NCBI GenBank assembly: GCA_016789705.1
Contig: JAEUQR010000005.1
Location: 215,343-279,342 of the forward strand
Source of the DNA: Acidobacteriota bacterium
GTDB lineage: Bacteria > Acidobacteriota > Vicinamibacteria > Vicinamibacterales > UBA2999
Direction: 5' to 3'
Length of the DNA stretch: 64,000 nucleotides
The translations under genes and the position numbers were made by a program. Below the pieces are notes generated by a model that saw only the letters and a list, made by a program, of their open reading frames with translations, was not told the DNA's origin and ran no database searches. Position 1 is the first letter of the stretch. Each line of letters opens with the position of its first letter. This document shows, in pieces, positions 27,904 to 36,391 of the stretch.

Positions 27904-29109
27904 ATGCTGCGGTTTCTCACTGCCGGTGAATCCCATGGCCGCGGCCTCGTCGTCATCGTCGACGGCCTGCCGGCCGGCCTCGCGGTCGATCTCGATCGGC
28001 TGAACCACCACTTGCGCCGCCGCCAGGGCGGGTATGGCCGCGGCCGGCGCATGGCCATCGAATCAGACCGCGCCGACATCCTCTCGGGCGTGCGCCGCGG
28101 CCGAACGACCGGCGGGCCCGTGTCGCTCGTCGTCGAGAACAAGGACTGGGTGAACTGGCAGCGCACGATGCACACGGAGCCCGACGTGCCCGAGGGCGCG
28201 ACTGGGGCCAGCCGCGCTGCCGTCGTGAGACCACGCCCCGGACACGCCGACCTGGCCGGCGCCCTCAAGTACGAACACGAGGACGTGCGGGACGTGCTCG
28301 AGCGCGCCTCGGCGCGCGAAACCGCGGCGCGCGTAGCCGCCGGGGGCCTGGCCATCCAGCTGCTCGAAGCCCTGGGCGCTCGTCTCACCAGTCACGTCAC
28401 GGCCATTGGCGAACTCGGCCTCTCGCCCGACCGCGTGGTGACCTTCGACGAAGCCGCCGCTCTCGCCGAGGACGCGCCGCTGCGCTGCGTGGACGCGTCG
28501 CTCGAGGCGCGGATGACGGCGCGGATCGATCAGGCCAAAGCCAACGGCGACACGCTCGGCGGCTCGTTCGAAGTCATCGTCACCGGCGTGCCCGTGGGGC
28601 TCGGCAGCTACGTGCAGTGGGATCGCAAGCTCGACGGCCGCCTCGCGCAGGCGGTGATGTCGATTCCCGCCATCAAGGGTGTGGGCATCGGCCTCGGTGC
28701 CGGCAGTGCCAACCGGCCCGGCTCGCAGGTGCACGACGAGATCCTGCCGCCCGACGCGCAGGGGCGCCCGTATCGGCCCACCAACCGCGCCGGCGGGCTC
28801 GAAGGTGGTGTCACCAACGGCGAGGACGTGCGCGTCGTCGGCCACATGAAGCCCATCGCCACACTGATGCAGCCGCTGCGCTCGATCGATCTCACGACGC
28901 TCGACGCGGCCCCGGCGGCCATCGAACGCAGCGACGTCTGCGCAGTGCCGGCCGCGGCGGTCGTCGCCGAGGCGATGGTGGGGTTCGTGCTCGCCGACGC
29001 CTTCATGGACCGCGTGGGCGGGGACTCAGTGGCGCTGATGCGGCGGCACCTGGCGGCGACGACGCAGGCGGTCGCCGCCCGCACCACGCCACGCCCCGGA
29101 GCGCGCTGA
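27904..29109 (+). CDS. aroC: chorismate synthase
   Basis: MLRFLTAGESHGRGLVVIVDGLPAGL and GGLEGG..NGE motifs. ATG verified at 27904. Confidence 0.93.
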   Translation: MLRFLTAGESHGRGLVVIVDGLPAGLAVDLDRLNHHLRRRQGGYGRGRRMAIESDRADILSGVRRGRTTGGPVSLVVENKDWVNWQRTMHTEPDVPEGATGASRAAVVRPRPGHADLAGALKYEHEDVRDVLERASARETAARVAAGGLAIQLLEALGARLTSHVTAIGELGLSPDRVVTFDEAAALAEDAPLRCVDASLEARMTARIDQAKANGDTLGGSFEVIVTGVPVGLGSYVQWDRKLDGRLAQAVMSIPAIKGVGIGLGAGSANRPGSQVHDEILPPDAQGRPYRPTNRAGGLEGGVTNGEDVRVVGHMKPIATLMQPLRSIDLTTLDAAPAAIERSDVCAVPAAAVVAEAMVGFVLADAFMDRVGGDSVALMRRHLAATTQAVAARTTPRPGAR

Positions 29110-29110
29110 C

Positions 29111-29620
29111 ATGGCCCGTCCGGTCGTGCGTCTCGGCGCGCCGGTGCTGCGGGTGCCGGCCCGCGACGTCGAGGCGATCACGCCCGAGACGACGGCGCTC
29201 ATCGACGAGATGATCGCGGCCATGTACGCCGAGCGCGGCATCGGCCTCGCCGCGCCGCAGATTGGGGTGAGCCTCCGGATCTTCGTCATCGACCTGTCGA
29301 GCGGACGCGACGCGTCGGCGCTCAAGGTCTGCATCAATCCCGAATGGGTCGAACGCGAGGGGATGCAGCTCGAAGAGGAAGGCTGCCTGAGCCTGCCGGG
29401 GTTCTCCGCCACCGTGGCGCGGCCGGCCCGCGCCGCCGTGCGCGGGCTCGACCGGCACGGCGCGCCGCAGACGATCGAGGGCACGGGTCTCATGGCGCGG
29501 GCGCTGCAGCACGAGATGGACCATCTCGACGGCATGGTGTTCGTGGATCGCCTGCGTGGCATCAGCCGCACGATGATCCTCCGCAAGATCAAGAAGCTCG
29601 AACGCGACGGGACGTGGTGA
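29111..29620 (+). CDS. def: peptide deformylase
   Basis: GIGLAAPQIG, EEGCLSLPG and QHEMDHLDG are the three Def motifs. Confidence 0.95.
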   Translation: MARPVVRLGAPVLRVPARDVEAITPETTALIDEMIAAMYAERGIGLAAPQIGVSLRIFVIDLSSGRDASALKVCINPEWVEREGMQLEEEGCLSLPGFSATVARPARAAVRGLDRHGAPQTIEGTGLMARALQHEMDHLDGMVFVDRLRGISRTMILRKIKKLERDGTW

Positions 29621-29623
29621 GAC

Positions 29624-30562
29624 GTGCGGATCCTCTTCTTCGGGACGCCTGACTTCGCCGTGCCCACGCTGCGCGCCCTGCTCGCCTCGTCGCATGAGGT
29701 CGCGGGCGTCGTCACGCAACCCGATCGCCCGAAGGGCCGCGGACAGAAGGTCGCGCCTGGTGCGGTGGCCCGGGTGGCGCTCGACGCCGGACTACCGCTG
29801 CTGCAGCCGGTGAAGCTCTCGGACCCCGGCGTGCGCGAGGCGCTCGCGGCGTTCGCCGCGGACCTGGGCGTGGTGGCCGCCTACGGCAAGATCCTGCCCG
29901 AATGGCTGCTGGCGCTGCCGGCGCGCGGCATGATCAACGTGCATGCGTCGCTGCTGCCGGCGTGGCGCGGTGCGGCACCGGTGCATCGCGCGGTGATGGC
30001 CGGCAATGCCGAGACGGGCGTGACCATCATGCGCGTCGTCAAGGCGCTCGATGCCGGCGCGATGCTCGATCGCGTGGTCGTGCCGATCGCCGACGACGTC
30101 ACGAGCGACGTCCTCGAGCGCGAGCTGGCCGAGGCCGGCGCCGCCCGCCTCGTGGCCGTCGTGGACCGCCTGGCCGCGGGGGCCGTCGAGGAAGTCCCGC
30201 AGGACGAGTCGCGCGTCACGTATGCGGCGAAAATCACGCGTGCCGACAGCCCGCTCGACTGGCGGCAGCCGGCCCGGGTCGTGCACGACCGTGTGCGCGG
30301 GCTGCATCCCTGGCCACATGCCTCGGCGACGATCGGCGGCACGCGCCTCATCCTCCACCGCAGCGTGGTCCCCGCGGGCGCGACCGATGCGGCACCGGGC
30401 ACGATCGTCGCCGCGGGACCTGCCGGCGTTGACGTGGCGGCCGGCGACGGCCGCCTCGTGCGTCTGCTGGTGCTGCAGGCCGAAGGCGGCAAGCGCCTCG
30501 GCGCGGCCGAGTTCCTGGCCGGCCGGGCGCTCGCGCCGGGCATGGCGTTCGAGCTGCCGTGA
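29624..30562 (+). CDS. fmt: methionyl-tRNA formyltransferase
   Basis: RILFFGTPDFAVP and NVHASLLPAWRGAAPV motifs. GTG start. Confidence 0.93.
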   Translation: MRILFFGTPDFAVPTLRALLASSHEVAGVVTQPDRPKGRGQKVAPGAVARVALDAGLPLLQPVKLSDPGVREALAAFAADLGVVAAYGKILPEWLLALPARGMINVHASLLPAWRGAAPVHRAVMAGNAETGVTIMRVVKALDAGAMLDRVVVPIADDVTSDVLERELAEAGAARLVAVVDRLAAGAVEEVPQDESRVTYAAKITRADSPLDWRQPARVVHDRVRGLHPWPHASATIGGTRLILHRSVVPAGATDAAPGTIVAAGPAGVDVAAGDGRLVRLLVLQAEGGKRLGAAEFLAGRALAPGMAFELP

Positions 30563-31947
30563 TTGCGCCGGCCCGTCGCGCCGCCTTCAGCGCCCTCGTC
30601 GAGATCGCGCGCGGCCGCGCCGATCTCGACGAGGCGCTCGACCGGGCGCGCCAGACGCTCGGCGACGCCCGCGACGTCGGCCTGCTGCGTGAACTCGTGA
30701 CGGGCACCCTCCGCTGGCAGTCGCGGCTCGACTGGCGCCTCGCGCCGTTCAGCCGCGTCGCGATGCCGAAGCTCGACGTGGAAGTGCTCGTGGCGCTGCG
30801 CATGGCGGCGTATCAGCTCGACCATCTCGACCGCGTCCCCGCCTCCGCGATCGTGCACGACGCGGTGGCGCTCGTACGGGCGGCGAAGAAGTCGAGTGCG
30901 GCGGGACTCGTGAACGCGGTCCTGCGGGCGCTCACGCGGGCCGGACGGACCGAGCCGCCGGTGGCTCCGCCGAGCGCGCCGCCCGCCGAGGTTGCCGCGG
31001 CCCTCGCCGTCTCGACCGCGCATCCCGCCTGGCTCGTCGAGCGCTGGCTGGCGCGTGAACCGCGCGACGTGGTGGAGGCCTGGCTCCACTTCGACAACGA
31101 GCCGCCCCCGACCACGCTGCGCGTCAATCCGCTCTCCGGCGCCACGCGCGACGGCGTCGCGGCGCGCCTCGCAGCCGACGGTATCGTGACGACGCCGGCC
31201 ATCGCCGCGCCACTGGGCCTCGTGGTGCGCGAGGGCCTCGTCGTCGCGCACCCGGCGCTCGCGACCGGCCTCTGCGGCATCCAGGACGAAGGCTCGCAGC
31301 TCGCCGCGCTCGTGGCACCGGTGGCGCCGGGCGCGCGGGTGCTCGACGTCTGCGCCGCGCCCGGCGGAAAGACGCTCGCGTATGCCTGGGCGGCGGGGGC
31401 GGAAGGGCACGTCGTGGCCTGCGACGTGCGGGAGCGCCGCCTCGCGGTGCTGCGCGAGACGCTGCATCGCGGTCACGCCGGGGGCGCGGCGGTCGTGGCC
31501 ATCGACGAGACGGCGCCGCTTCCCTTCGCGCCGGTCTTCGACGTCGTCGCCGTGGACGCGCCGTGCAGCGGCCTCGGCACGCTGCGGCGCGATCCCGACA
31601 TCAAATGGCGGCGCACGGCCGAGGACCTGCGCCGTTATCAGGCGCGGCAGGTCGGTCTGCTGACACGGGCGGCGGCCGTCGTCGCCCCCGGCGGGGCGCT
31701 CGTCTACACCACCTGTTCGACCGAACCCGAGGAGAACCTCGACGTCGTGCGGCAGGTGCTGTCCGTGTCTCCCGACTTCACGCTGCGGCGCGCCGACGCC
31801 GGTCCCGGCGGCGAGGTGCTGACACCGTTCGTCGACGCGGATGGCTGCCTGCGCACCCACCCCGCTCGTCACGGCCTCGAAGGATACTTCGGGGCCGTGC
31901 TCGTCCGGCGGGCCGATGGACCTCGCCCGGCGGCTGTTGTACAGTGA
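30559..31947 (+). CDS. rsmB: 16S rRNA (cytosine967-C5)-methyltransferase RsmB/Sun
   Basis: N-terminal NusB-like region, the SAM site VLDVCAAPGGKT, and the catalytic ...VDAPCSGLGTLRR and YTTCS motifs. Its start overlaps the fmt stop. Confidence 0.9.
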   Translation: MIAPARRAAFSALVEIARGRADLDEALDRARQTLGDARDVGLLRELVTGTLRWQSRLDWRLAPFSRVAMPKLDVEVLVALRMAAYQLDHLDRVPASAIVHDAVALVRAAKKSSAAGLVNAVLRALTRAGRTEPPVAPPSAPPAEVAAALAVSTAHPAWLVERWLAREPRDVVEAWLHFDNEPPPTTLRVNPLSGATRDGVAARLAADGIVTTPAIAAPLGLVVREGLVVAHPALATGLCGIQDEGSQLAALVAPVAPGARVLDVCAAPGGKTLAYAWAAGAEGHVVACDVRERRLAVLRETLHRGHAGGAAVVAIDETAPLPFAPVFDVVAVDAPCSGLGTLRRDPDIKWRRTAEDLRRYQARQVGLLTRAAAVVAPGGALVYTTCSTEPEENLDVVRQVLSVSPDFTLRRADAGPGGEVLTPFVDADGCLRTHPARHGLEGYFGAVLVRRADGPRPAAVVQ

Positions 31948-31957
31948 TCGGTCGCAC

Positions 31958-32680
31958 ATGCCCTTGAGAACGCGTGTGTGGACGGCCGGGCGGCTCCTGC
32001 TCATCGCGGGCGGCCTCGCCGCCACCTACCTGGTGTTTGCCGCCATCGCCGTGCGCGTCGCCGTGCGGGCGCGCGACGTCGTCGTGCCCGATGTCACCGG
32101 CGCCACTGTGCGCGATGCCTCGACGCGCCTCGCCCAGGAGGACCTGGTGGTGCGGGTCGATCCGGTCGAGCGGCCAAGCACCGACGTCGCGGCCGGCCAC
32201 GTGCTCGGACAGGACCCGCGCCCCGGCACGTCCTCGCGCCGCCAGCGCACCGTGCGCGTCTGGCTCTCCGCCGGCCCGCGCGTCGCCTACATGCCGCAGC
32301 TCGTCGGCGAATCGGAACGCAGCGCCATCATCCGATTGTCGCAGGAGGGGCTTGAGGCGCCCGTTGTCGCCGAGATTCGTTCGGTCGACTTCTCCGCCGA
32401 CCAGATCGTGGCGCAGGAGCCGCCGGCGGGCCGTCCCGCGGCCTCGGTGCAGCTGCTCGTGAGCCGCGGCGCCGATGTGTCGACCTACGTCATGCCCGAC
32501 CTGATCGGCCTTGGCGGCGACGCCGCGGCCGCGGTGTTGCGGCAGCAGGGGTTCCGGGTGAGCTTCGTGGCGCAGCAGGCCTCGAGCGGACTGCCCCCGG
32601 GTCTTATCGTGCGGCAGACACCGGCCGGCGGTTACCAGGTGCAGCCGGGTGCGGCGATTTCCCTCGAGGTGGCGCAGTGA
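31958..32680 (+). CDS. membrane-anchored PASTA-domain protein (three PASTA repeats, no kinase or PBP domain)
   Basis: TM helix GRLLLIAGGLAATYLVFAAIAV followed by three units of about 65 aa: V(V)PDV.G...A...L...GL, MPQLVGESERSAIIRLSQEGL and MPDLIGLGGDAAAAVLRQQGF. ATG verified at 31958. Confidence 0.8.
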   Translation: MPLRTRVWTAGRLLLIAGGLAATYLVFAAIAVRVAVRARDVVVPDVTGATVRDASTRLAQEDLVVRVDPVERPSTDVAAGHVLGQDPRPGTSSRRQRTVRVWLSAGPRVAYMPQLVGESERSAIIRLSQEGLEAPVVAEIRSVDFSADQIVAQEPPAGRPAASVQLLVSRGADVSTYVMPDLIGLGGDAAAAVLRQQGFRVSFVAQQASSGLPPGLIVRQTPAGGYQVQPGAAISLEVAQ

Positions 32681-33345
32681 GCGTGCGGATTGCCCCGTCG
32701 ATCCTGTCGGCCGATTTCGCTCATCTCGGCCGCGACATCGCGGCGGCCGAAGCGGGCGGCGCCGACCTCATCCACGTGGACGTGATGGACGGCCACTTCG
32801 TGCCGAACCTCACGCTCGGGCCGCCGGTCATCCGGGCGGTGAAGCGGGTGGCGACACGGCCGCTCGACGTCCACCTGATGATCAGTAATCCGGACCCTTT
32901 CCTGAAGGCCTACGTGGACGCCGGTGCCTCGCTGCTCTCGGTGCACGTGGAAGTGCTGCCGCATCTGCATCGCACGGTGGCGGCCATCAAGGAGCTCGGC
33001 GCGCAGGCCGGCGTGGTGCTCAATCCGTCGACGCCGGTCTCGGCGCTCGAAGAGGTGGCCGCCGACCTCGACTTCGTGCTCGTGATGTCGGTGAATCCGG
33101 GCTTCGGTGGCCAGACGTTCATTCCGCGTGCCCTCGACAAGATCCGCGCCGTGCGCGACATGCTCGGGCGCGCCGGGAGCCGGGCCTTCATCGAGGTGGA
33201 CGGCGGCGTCGACCTGACGAACATCGCCGCGGTGGCTGAGGCCGGCGCAAGCGTCGTCGTGGCCGGCCACGCGGTGTTCGGCCAGCCCGATGCGGCGGCT
33301 GCCGTGCGGGCCCTGCGGGCCGCCGCGCAGGGGATGGGCGCATGA
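32677..33345 (+). CDS. rpe: ribulose-phosphate 3-epimerase
   Basis: IAPSILSADF...HVDVMDGHFVPNLT...MSVNPGFGGQ.F motifs. The GTG start overlaps the PASTA gene stop. Confidence 0.95.
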   Translation: MSVRIAPSILSADFAHLGRDIAAAEAGGADLIHVDVMDGHFVPNLTLGPPVIRAVKRVATRPLDVHLMISNPDPFLKAYVDAGASLLSVHVEVLPHLHRTVAAIKELGAQAGVVLNPSTPVSALEEVAADLDFVLVMSVNPGFGGQTFIPRALDKIRAVRDMLGRAGSRAFIEVDGGVDLTNIAAVAEAGASVVVAGHAVFGQPDAAAAVRALRAAAQGMGA

Positions 33346-33752
33346 CGGCCGGCACCCCGGCCACGCGCCGGAGCGTCAGCACCGTGCGTGTGCGGTACGC
33401 GGAGACGGACCAGATGGGCGTCGCCTACCACGCCAACTACTTCGTGTGGTTCGAGGTCGGTCGCACCGACTGGCTGCGTACGTTCGGCGTCACCTACCGC
33501 GACCTCGAGGCCGAGGGCTTCCTGCTGCCGGTGATCGAGGCCCACTGCGAGTACCGCGCGTCGGCGCGTTACGATGACGATCTGCGCATCACGTCCGCAG
33601 CCCGGCTGGTGTCGCCCGTGCGCGTGGCGTTCGACTACGAGATCACGGGCCCGGCGGCGACGATCGCCACGGGCCATACCGTGCATGCGACGCTCGACCG
33701 GCAGGGCCGGCCGGTGCGCGTGCCGGCACGCATCAGGGAGCTCATTCGATGA
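33342..33752 (+). CDS. acyl-CoA thioesterase, YbgC/4HBT family
   Basis: VRVRYAETDQMGVAYHANYFVWFEVGRTDWLR is the hotdog-fold 4HBT pattern. ATGA overlap with rpe. Confidence 0.8.
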   Translation: MTAGTPATRRSVSTVRVRYAETDQMGVAYHANYFVWFEVGRTDWLRTFGVTYRDLEAEGFLLPVIEAHCEYRASARYDDDLRITSAARLVSPVRVAFDYEITGPAATIATGHTVHATLDRQGRPVRVPARIRELIR

Positions 33753-34684
33753 AGGCACTGGTTACGGGCGGCGCGGGCTTCGTGGGCTCGCATCTGAGCG
33801 AGCGCCTGCTCGGACAGGGCGCCGAGGTGGTGGCGCTCGACTGCTTCACCGACTACTACCCGCGGCCGCTGAAAGAGGCCAATGTCGCCGGCCTCCGCGG
33901 ACGGCCCGGCTACCGCCTGGTCGAGGCGGCGATCAAGGACGCGGATCTCCCGGCCCTCCTCGACGGGGTGACCCACGTGTTCCATCTGGCGGCGCAGGCC
34001 GGCGTGCGCAAGAGCTGGGGCGCGGATTTCAGGATCTACACCGAGCTCAACATCGATGCGACGCAGATCCTGCTCGAAGCCTGCGTGGGCCGGGCCATCG
34101 AGAAGGTGGTCTACGCCTCCAGTTCGTCGGTCTACGGAGACCTCGTGGCCATGCCGATGCGCGAAGACGCCCTGCCGCAGCCGGTGTCACCCTACGGCGT
34201 CTCGAAGCTCTCGGCCGAGCAGCTCTGCTACCTCTACTACTCGAACTTTGGCGTGCCCACCGTGTCACTGCGTTACTTCACGGTCTATGGACCACGGCAG
34301 CGGCCCGACATGGGCTTCCACCGGTTCTTCTCGGCCGTCCTCGCCGGCCGGCCCGTCGTCCAATACGGTGATGGCCTGCAGACACGCGACTTCACGTTCG
34401 TGGCTGACGCCGCCCGGGCCACGGCCGACGCCGGCCAGCGCGGGGTGCCCGGCCGCGTCTACAATATCGGGGGGGGCTCGCGGGTGACCCTGCTCGAGGT
34501 ATTCGACCTCATCGGGAAGGTGTCCGGCCGCCCCGTCATCATCGACCACCAGCCGCCACAGAAGGGCGACATGCGCGATACCTACGCCGACACGACCCTG
34601 GCGCGCGCCGACCTCGGCTTTGCGCCTTCGGTCACGCTGGAACAGGGGCTGACCGCCATGCACGAATGGTTCCTGACCCGATGA
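33749..34684 (+). CDS. NAD-dependent epimerase/dehydratase (UDP-sugar 4-epimerase-like SDR)
   Basis: VTGGAGFVGSHL Rossmann motif and YGVSKLSAE (YxxxK). Confidence 0.85.
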   Translation: MKALVTGGAGFVGSHLSERLLGQGAEVVALDCFTDYYPRPLKEANVAGLRGRPGYRLVEAAIKDADLPALLDGVTHVFHLAAQAGVRKSWGADFRIYTELNIDATQILLEACVGRAIEKVVYASSSSVYGDLVAMPMREDALPQPVSPYGVSKLSAEQLCYLYYSNFGVPTVSLRYFTVYGPRQRPDMGFHRFFSAVLAGRPVVQYGDGLQTRDFTFVADAARATADAGQRGVPGRVYNIGGGSRVTLLEVFDLIGKVSGRPVIIDHQPPQKGDMRDTYADTTLARADLGFAPSVTLEQGLTAMHEWFLTR

Positions 34685-35481
34685 ACCGCTGCACACGACT
34701 GCTCGCCGTGACGCTCGCGGCCGCCCTCGCCGTGGCCGGATGCGGCGCCGAGCGCAACGCCGTGCCGCCGGCCAGTGCCCAGGCCGACCAGTTCCTCTTC
34801 GAGCGTGGCACCGCCGCGTTCAAGGAGAAGAAGTGGCTGCAGGCCCGCGAGTACTTCCGGCAGATCGTCGACAACTACCCGCAGAGCACGTACCGGCCCG
34901 ACGCCAAGCTCGCCGTGGGTGATACCTACATCGGGGAGCACTCGGTGGAAGCCCTGATGCTCGGGGTGAACGAGTTCCGCGAGTTCCTGACGTTCTACCC
35001 CACCAGCGCCCGTGCCGACTACGCGCAGTACCGGCTGGCGACGGCGCTGGCCGAACAGATGCTGGCGGCCGAGCGCGACCAGACGAACACGCGCGAGGTG
35101 ATCAAGGAGATGCAGGTCTTCTTCGATCGCTATCCGAACAGCGCGCTCATGCCGGAGGCGAAGACGCTCATGCGCCGGGCCAAGGACCGGCTGAGCGAGG
35201 CGAGTTACCGCGTCGGGTTCTACTACTTCCGCTCGAAGTGGTATCCGGGCGCCATCGACCGTTTCAAGGAAGTGCTCGCCGCGGATCCGGAGTTCACGAG
35301 CCGCGACGCCGTGTACTACCACCTGGCCGAATCGTTGCTTAAGGTGGGCACCGAGGCATCCAAGGCCGAGGCGTTGCCCTACTTCGAACGACTTCTGAAA
35401 GAGTTCGAACAAAGTTCGTACCTGCAGTTGGCGCGCCGTCGGGTCGAAGAACTGAAAGGGGCCGCGGGAGCCCAGAGGTAG
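34681..35481 (+). CDS. bamD: outer membrane protein assembly factor BamD (YfiO-like lipoprotein)
   Basis: Lipobox LAVAGC, then TPR-like segments (F.RG...F..KKW..A...F.Q..DNYPQS.Y..DA.L..GD.Y). ATG 34681 overlaps the upstream stop (ATGA); the ORF-track start at 34666 is an alternative. Confidence 0.8.
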   Translation: MNRCTRLLAVTLAAALAVAGCGAERNAVPPASAQADQFLFERGTAAFKEKKWLQAREYFRQIVDNYPQSTYRPDAKLAVGDTYIGEHSVEALMLGVNEFREFLTFYPTSARADYAQYRLATALAEQMLAAERDQTNTREVIKEMQVFFDRYPNSALMPEAKTLMRRAKDRLSEASYRVGFYYFRSKWYPGAIDRFKEVLAADPEFTSRDAVYYHLAESLLKVGTEASKAEALPYFERLLKEFEQSSYLQLARRRVEELKGAAGAQR

Positions 35482-35486
35482 ACCCT

Positions 35487-36269
35487 ATGCGTCGAGTCGC
35501 GTTGCTGTGTGCAGTTCTGGTCGGGATGGGAACGTCGGGGGCCGCGGCCCAGGAGCCCCTGCCGCCCGGTGCGTTCGGCGCTCTGGGGATGTATCCCAAG
35601 CGGCTCAGCTGTTCTGACGTGCCGACCTACAGCGCGCCGCGGCCGGCCCACCGTCTGGCCGCCGCCCACGAGGGCGATGCCAGGCTGCGCCGCGCCTATG
35701 CCGCGCCTGACACGCTGATGATTCCCGGCGGCACCGGCGCCGGCCTGCAGGTGGGCCAGCAGTTCTTCGTGCGCCGCCTGCTCCTGGCGCCAAGCCGGCA
35801 GAAGCCGTCCGCGTCCGAACCCGGGATGGTGCACACCGCCGGCTGGATCACCATCGTCGGGTCTGACGAGTTCGCCGCCCTCGCCCGCATCGACCACGCG
35901 TGCGACGGCTTCCTCAAGGGCGACTACCTCGAGCCGTTCACGGCCGCGCCGATGCCCACGGCGATTGCCGCACCCGGCGATCCGAAGTTCGACGACATGG
36001 GCCGGCTGCTCTTCGGCAACGACGGCCGCCGCTCGTTCGCCAACGGCGACATCATCGTCATCAACCGCGGCTCGCAGCACGGCCTCACCGCCGGTGCGCG
36101 CCTTGCCGTCTACCGCGACGTGAAGTCAGGCGGTCCGCTCGTGCCGGTAGGCCAGGCCATCGTGCTCACGGTGGGCGAAGACACCGCCACGGTCATTGCC
36201 GACCGCGTGCGCGACGCCCTCTCGGCGGGTGACTGGGTGGGGTTGCAGAGTGGCGCTACGCGCCCGTAG
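35487..36269 (+). CDS. hypothetical secreted protein
   Basis: Signal peptide MRRVALLCAVLVGMGTSGAAAQ. No family recognised. Last gene of the plus-strand operon. Confidence 0.55.
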   Translation: MRRVALLCAVLVGMGTSGAAAQEPLPPGAFGALGMYPKRLSCSDVPTYSAPRPAHRLAAAHEGDARLRRAYAAPDTLMIPGGTGAGLQVGQQFFVRRLLLAPSRQKPSASEPGMVHTAGWITIVGSDEFAALARIDHACDGFLKGDYLEPFTAAPMPTAIAAPGDPKFDDMGRLLFGNDGRRSFANGDIIVINRGSQHGLTAGARLAVYRDVKSGGPLVPVGQAIVLTVGEDTATVIADRVRDALSAGDWVGLQSGATRP

Positions 36270-36279
36270 ATCGCCACCC

Positions 36280-36305
36280 GACCGCGTCGCGGTCGCTGTT
36301 GTCTC
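36280..36305 (+). terminator. candidate intrinsic terminator after the aroC...bamD operon
   Basis: GACCGC-GUC-GCGGUC hairpin (36280-36294) followed by the U-rich GCUGUUGUCUC, 11 nt after the stop at 36267-36269. Confidence 0.4.
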
Positions 36306-36312
36306 GTGATTG

Positions 36313-36385
36313 GGTGATCTGGACACTCGAGATCTGCAGATCTCGGGGACCGCAAATCATCCGATCATCACATCACCAGATCACC
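36313..36385. repeat. nested inverted repeats in a low-GC, GATC-dense intergenic region
   Basis: 18-bp perfect palindrome CGAGATCTGCAGATCTCG (36328-36345). It is flanked by the 10-bp inverted repeat GGTGATCTGG (36313-36322) / CCAGATCACC (36376-36385). Six GATC sites lie between 36269 and 36382. Confidence 0.7.
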
Positions 36386-36391
36386 ACATCC

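Noticed and set aside
36326-36345. The overlapping XhoI-BglII-PstI-BglII sites (CTCGAGATCTGCAGATCTCG) look like a synthetic polylinker or cloning artefact.
   Set aside because: There is no vector-like sequence on either side. The palindrome is embedded in further native-looking inverted repeats between two intact convergent genes. I therefore keep it as a genuine genomic feature, but an artefact cannot be excluded without the reads (flagged in the finding).
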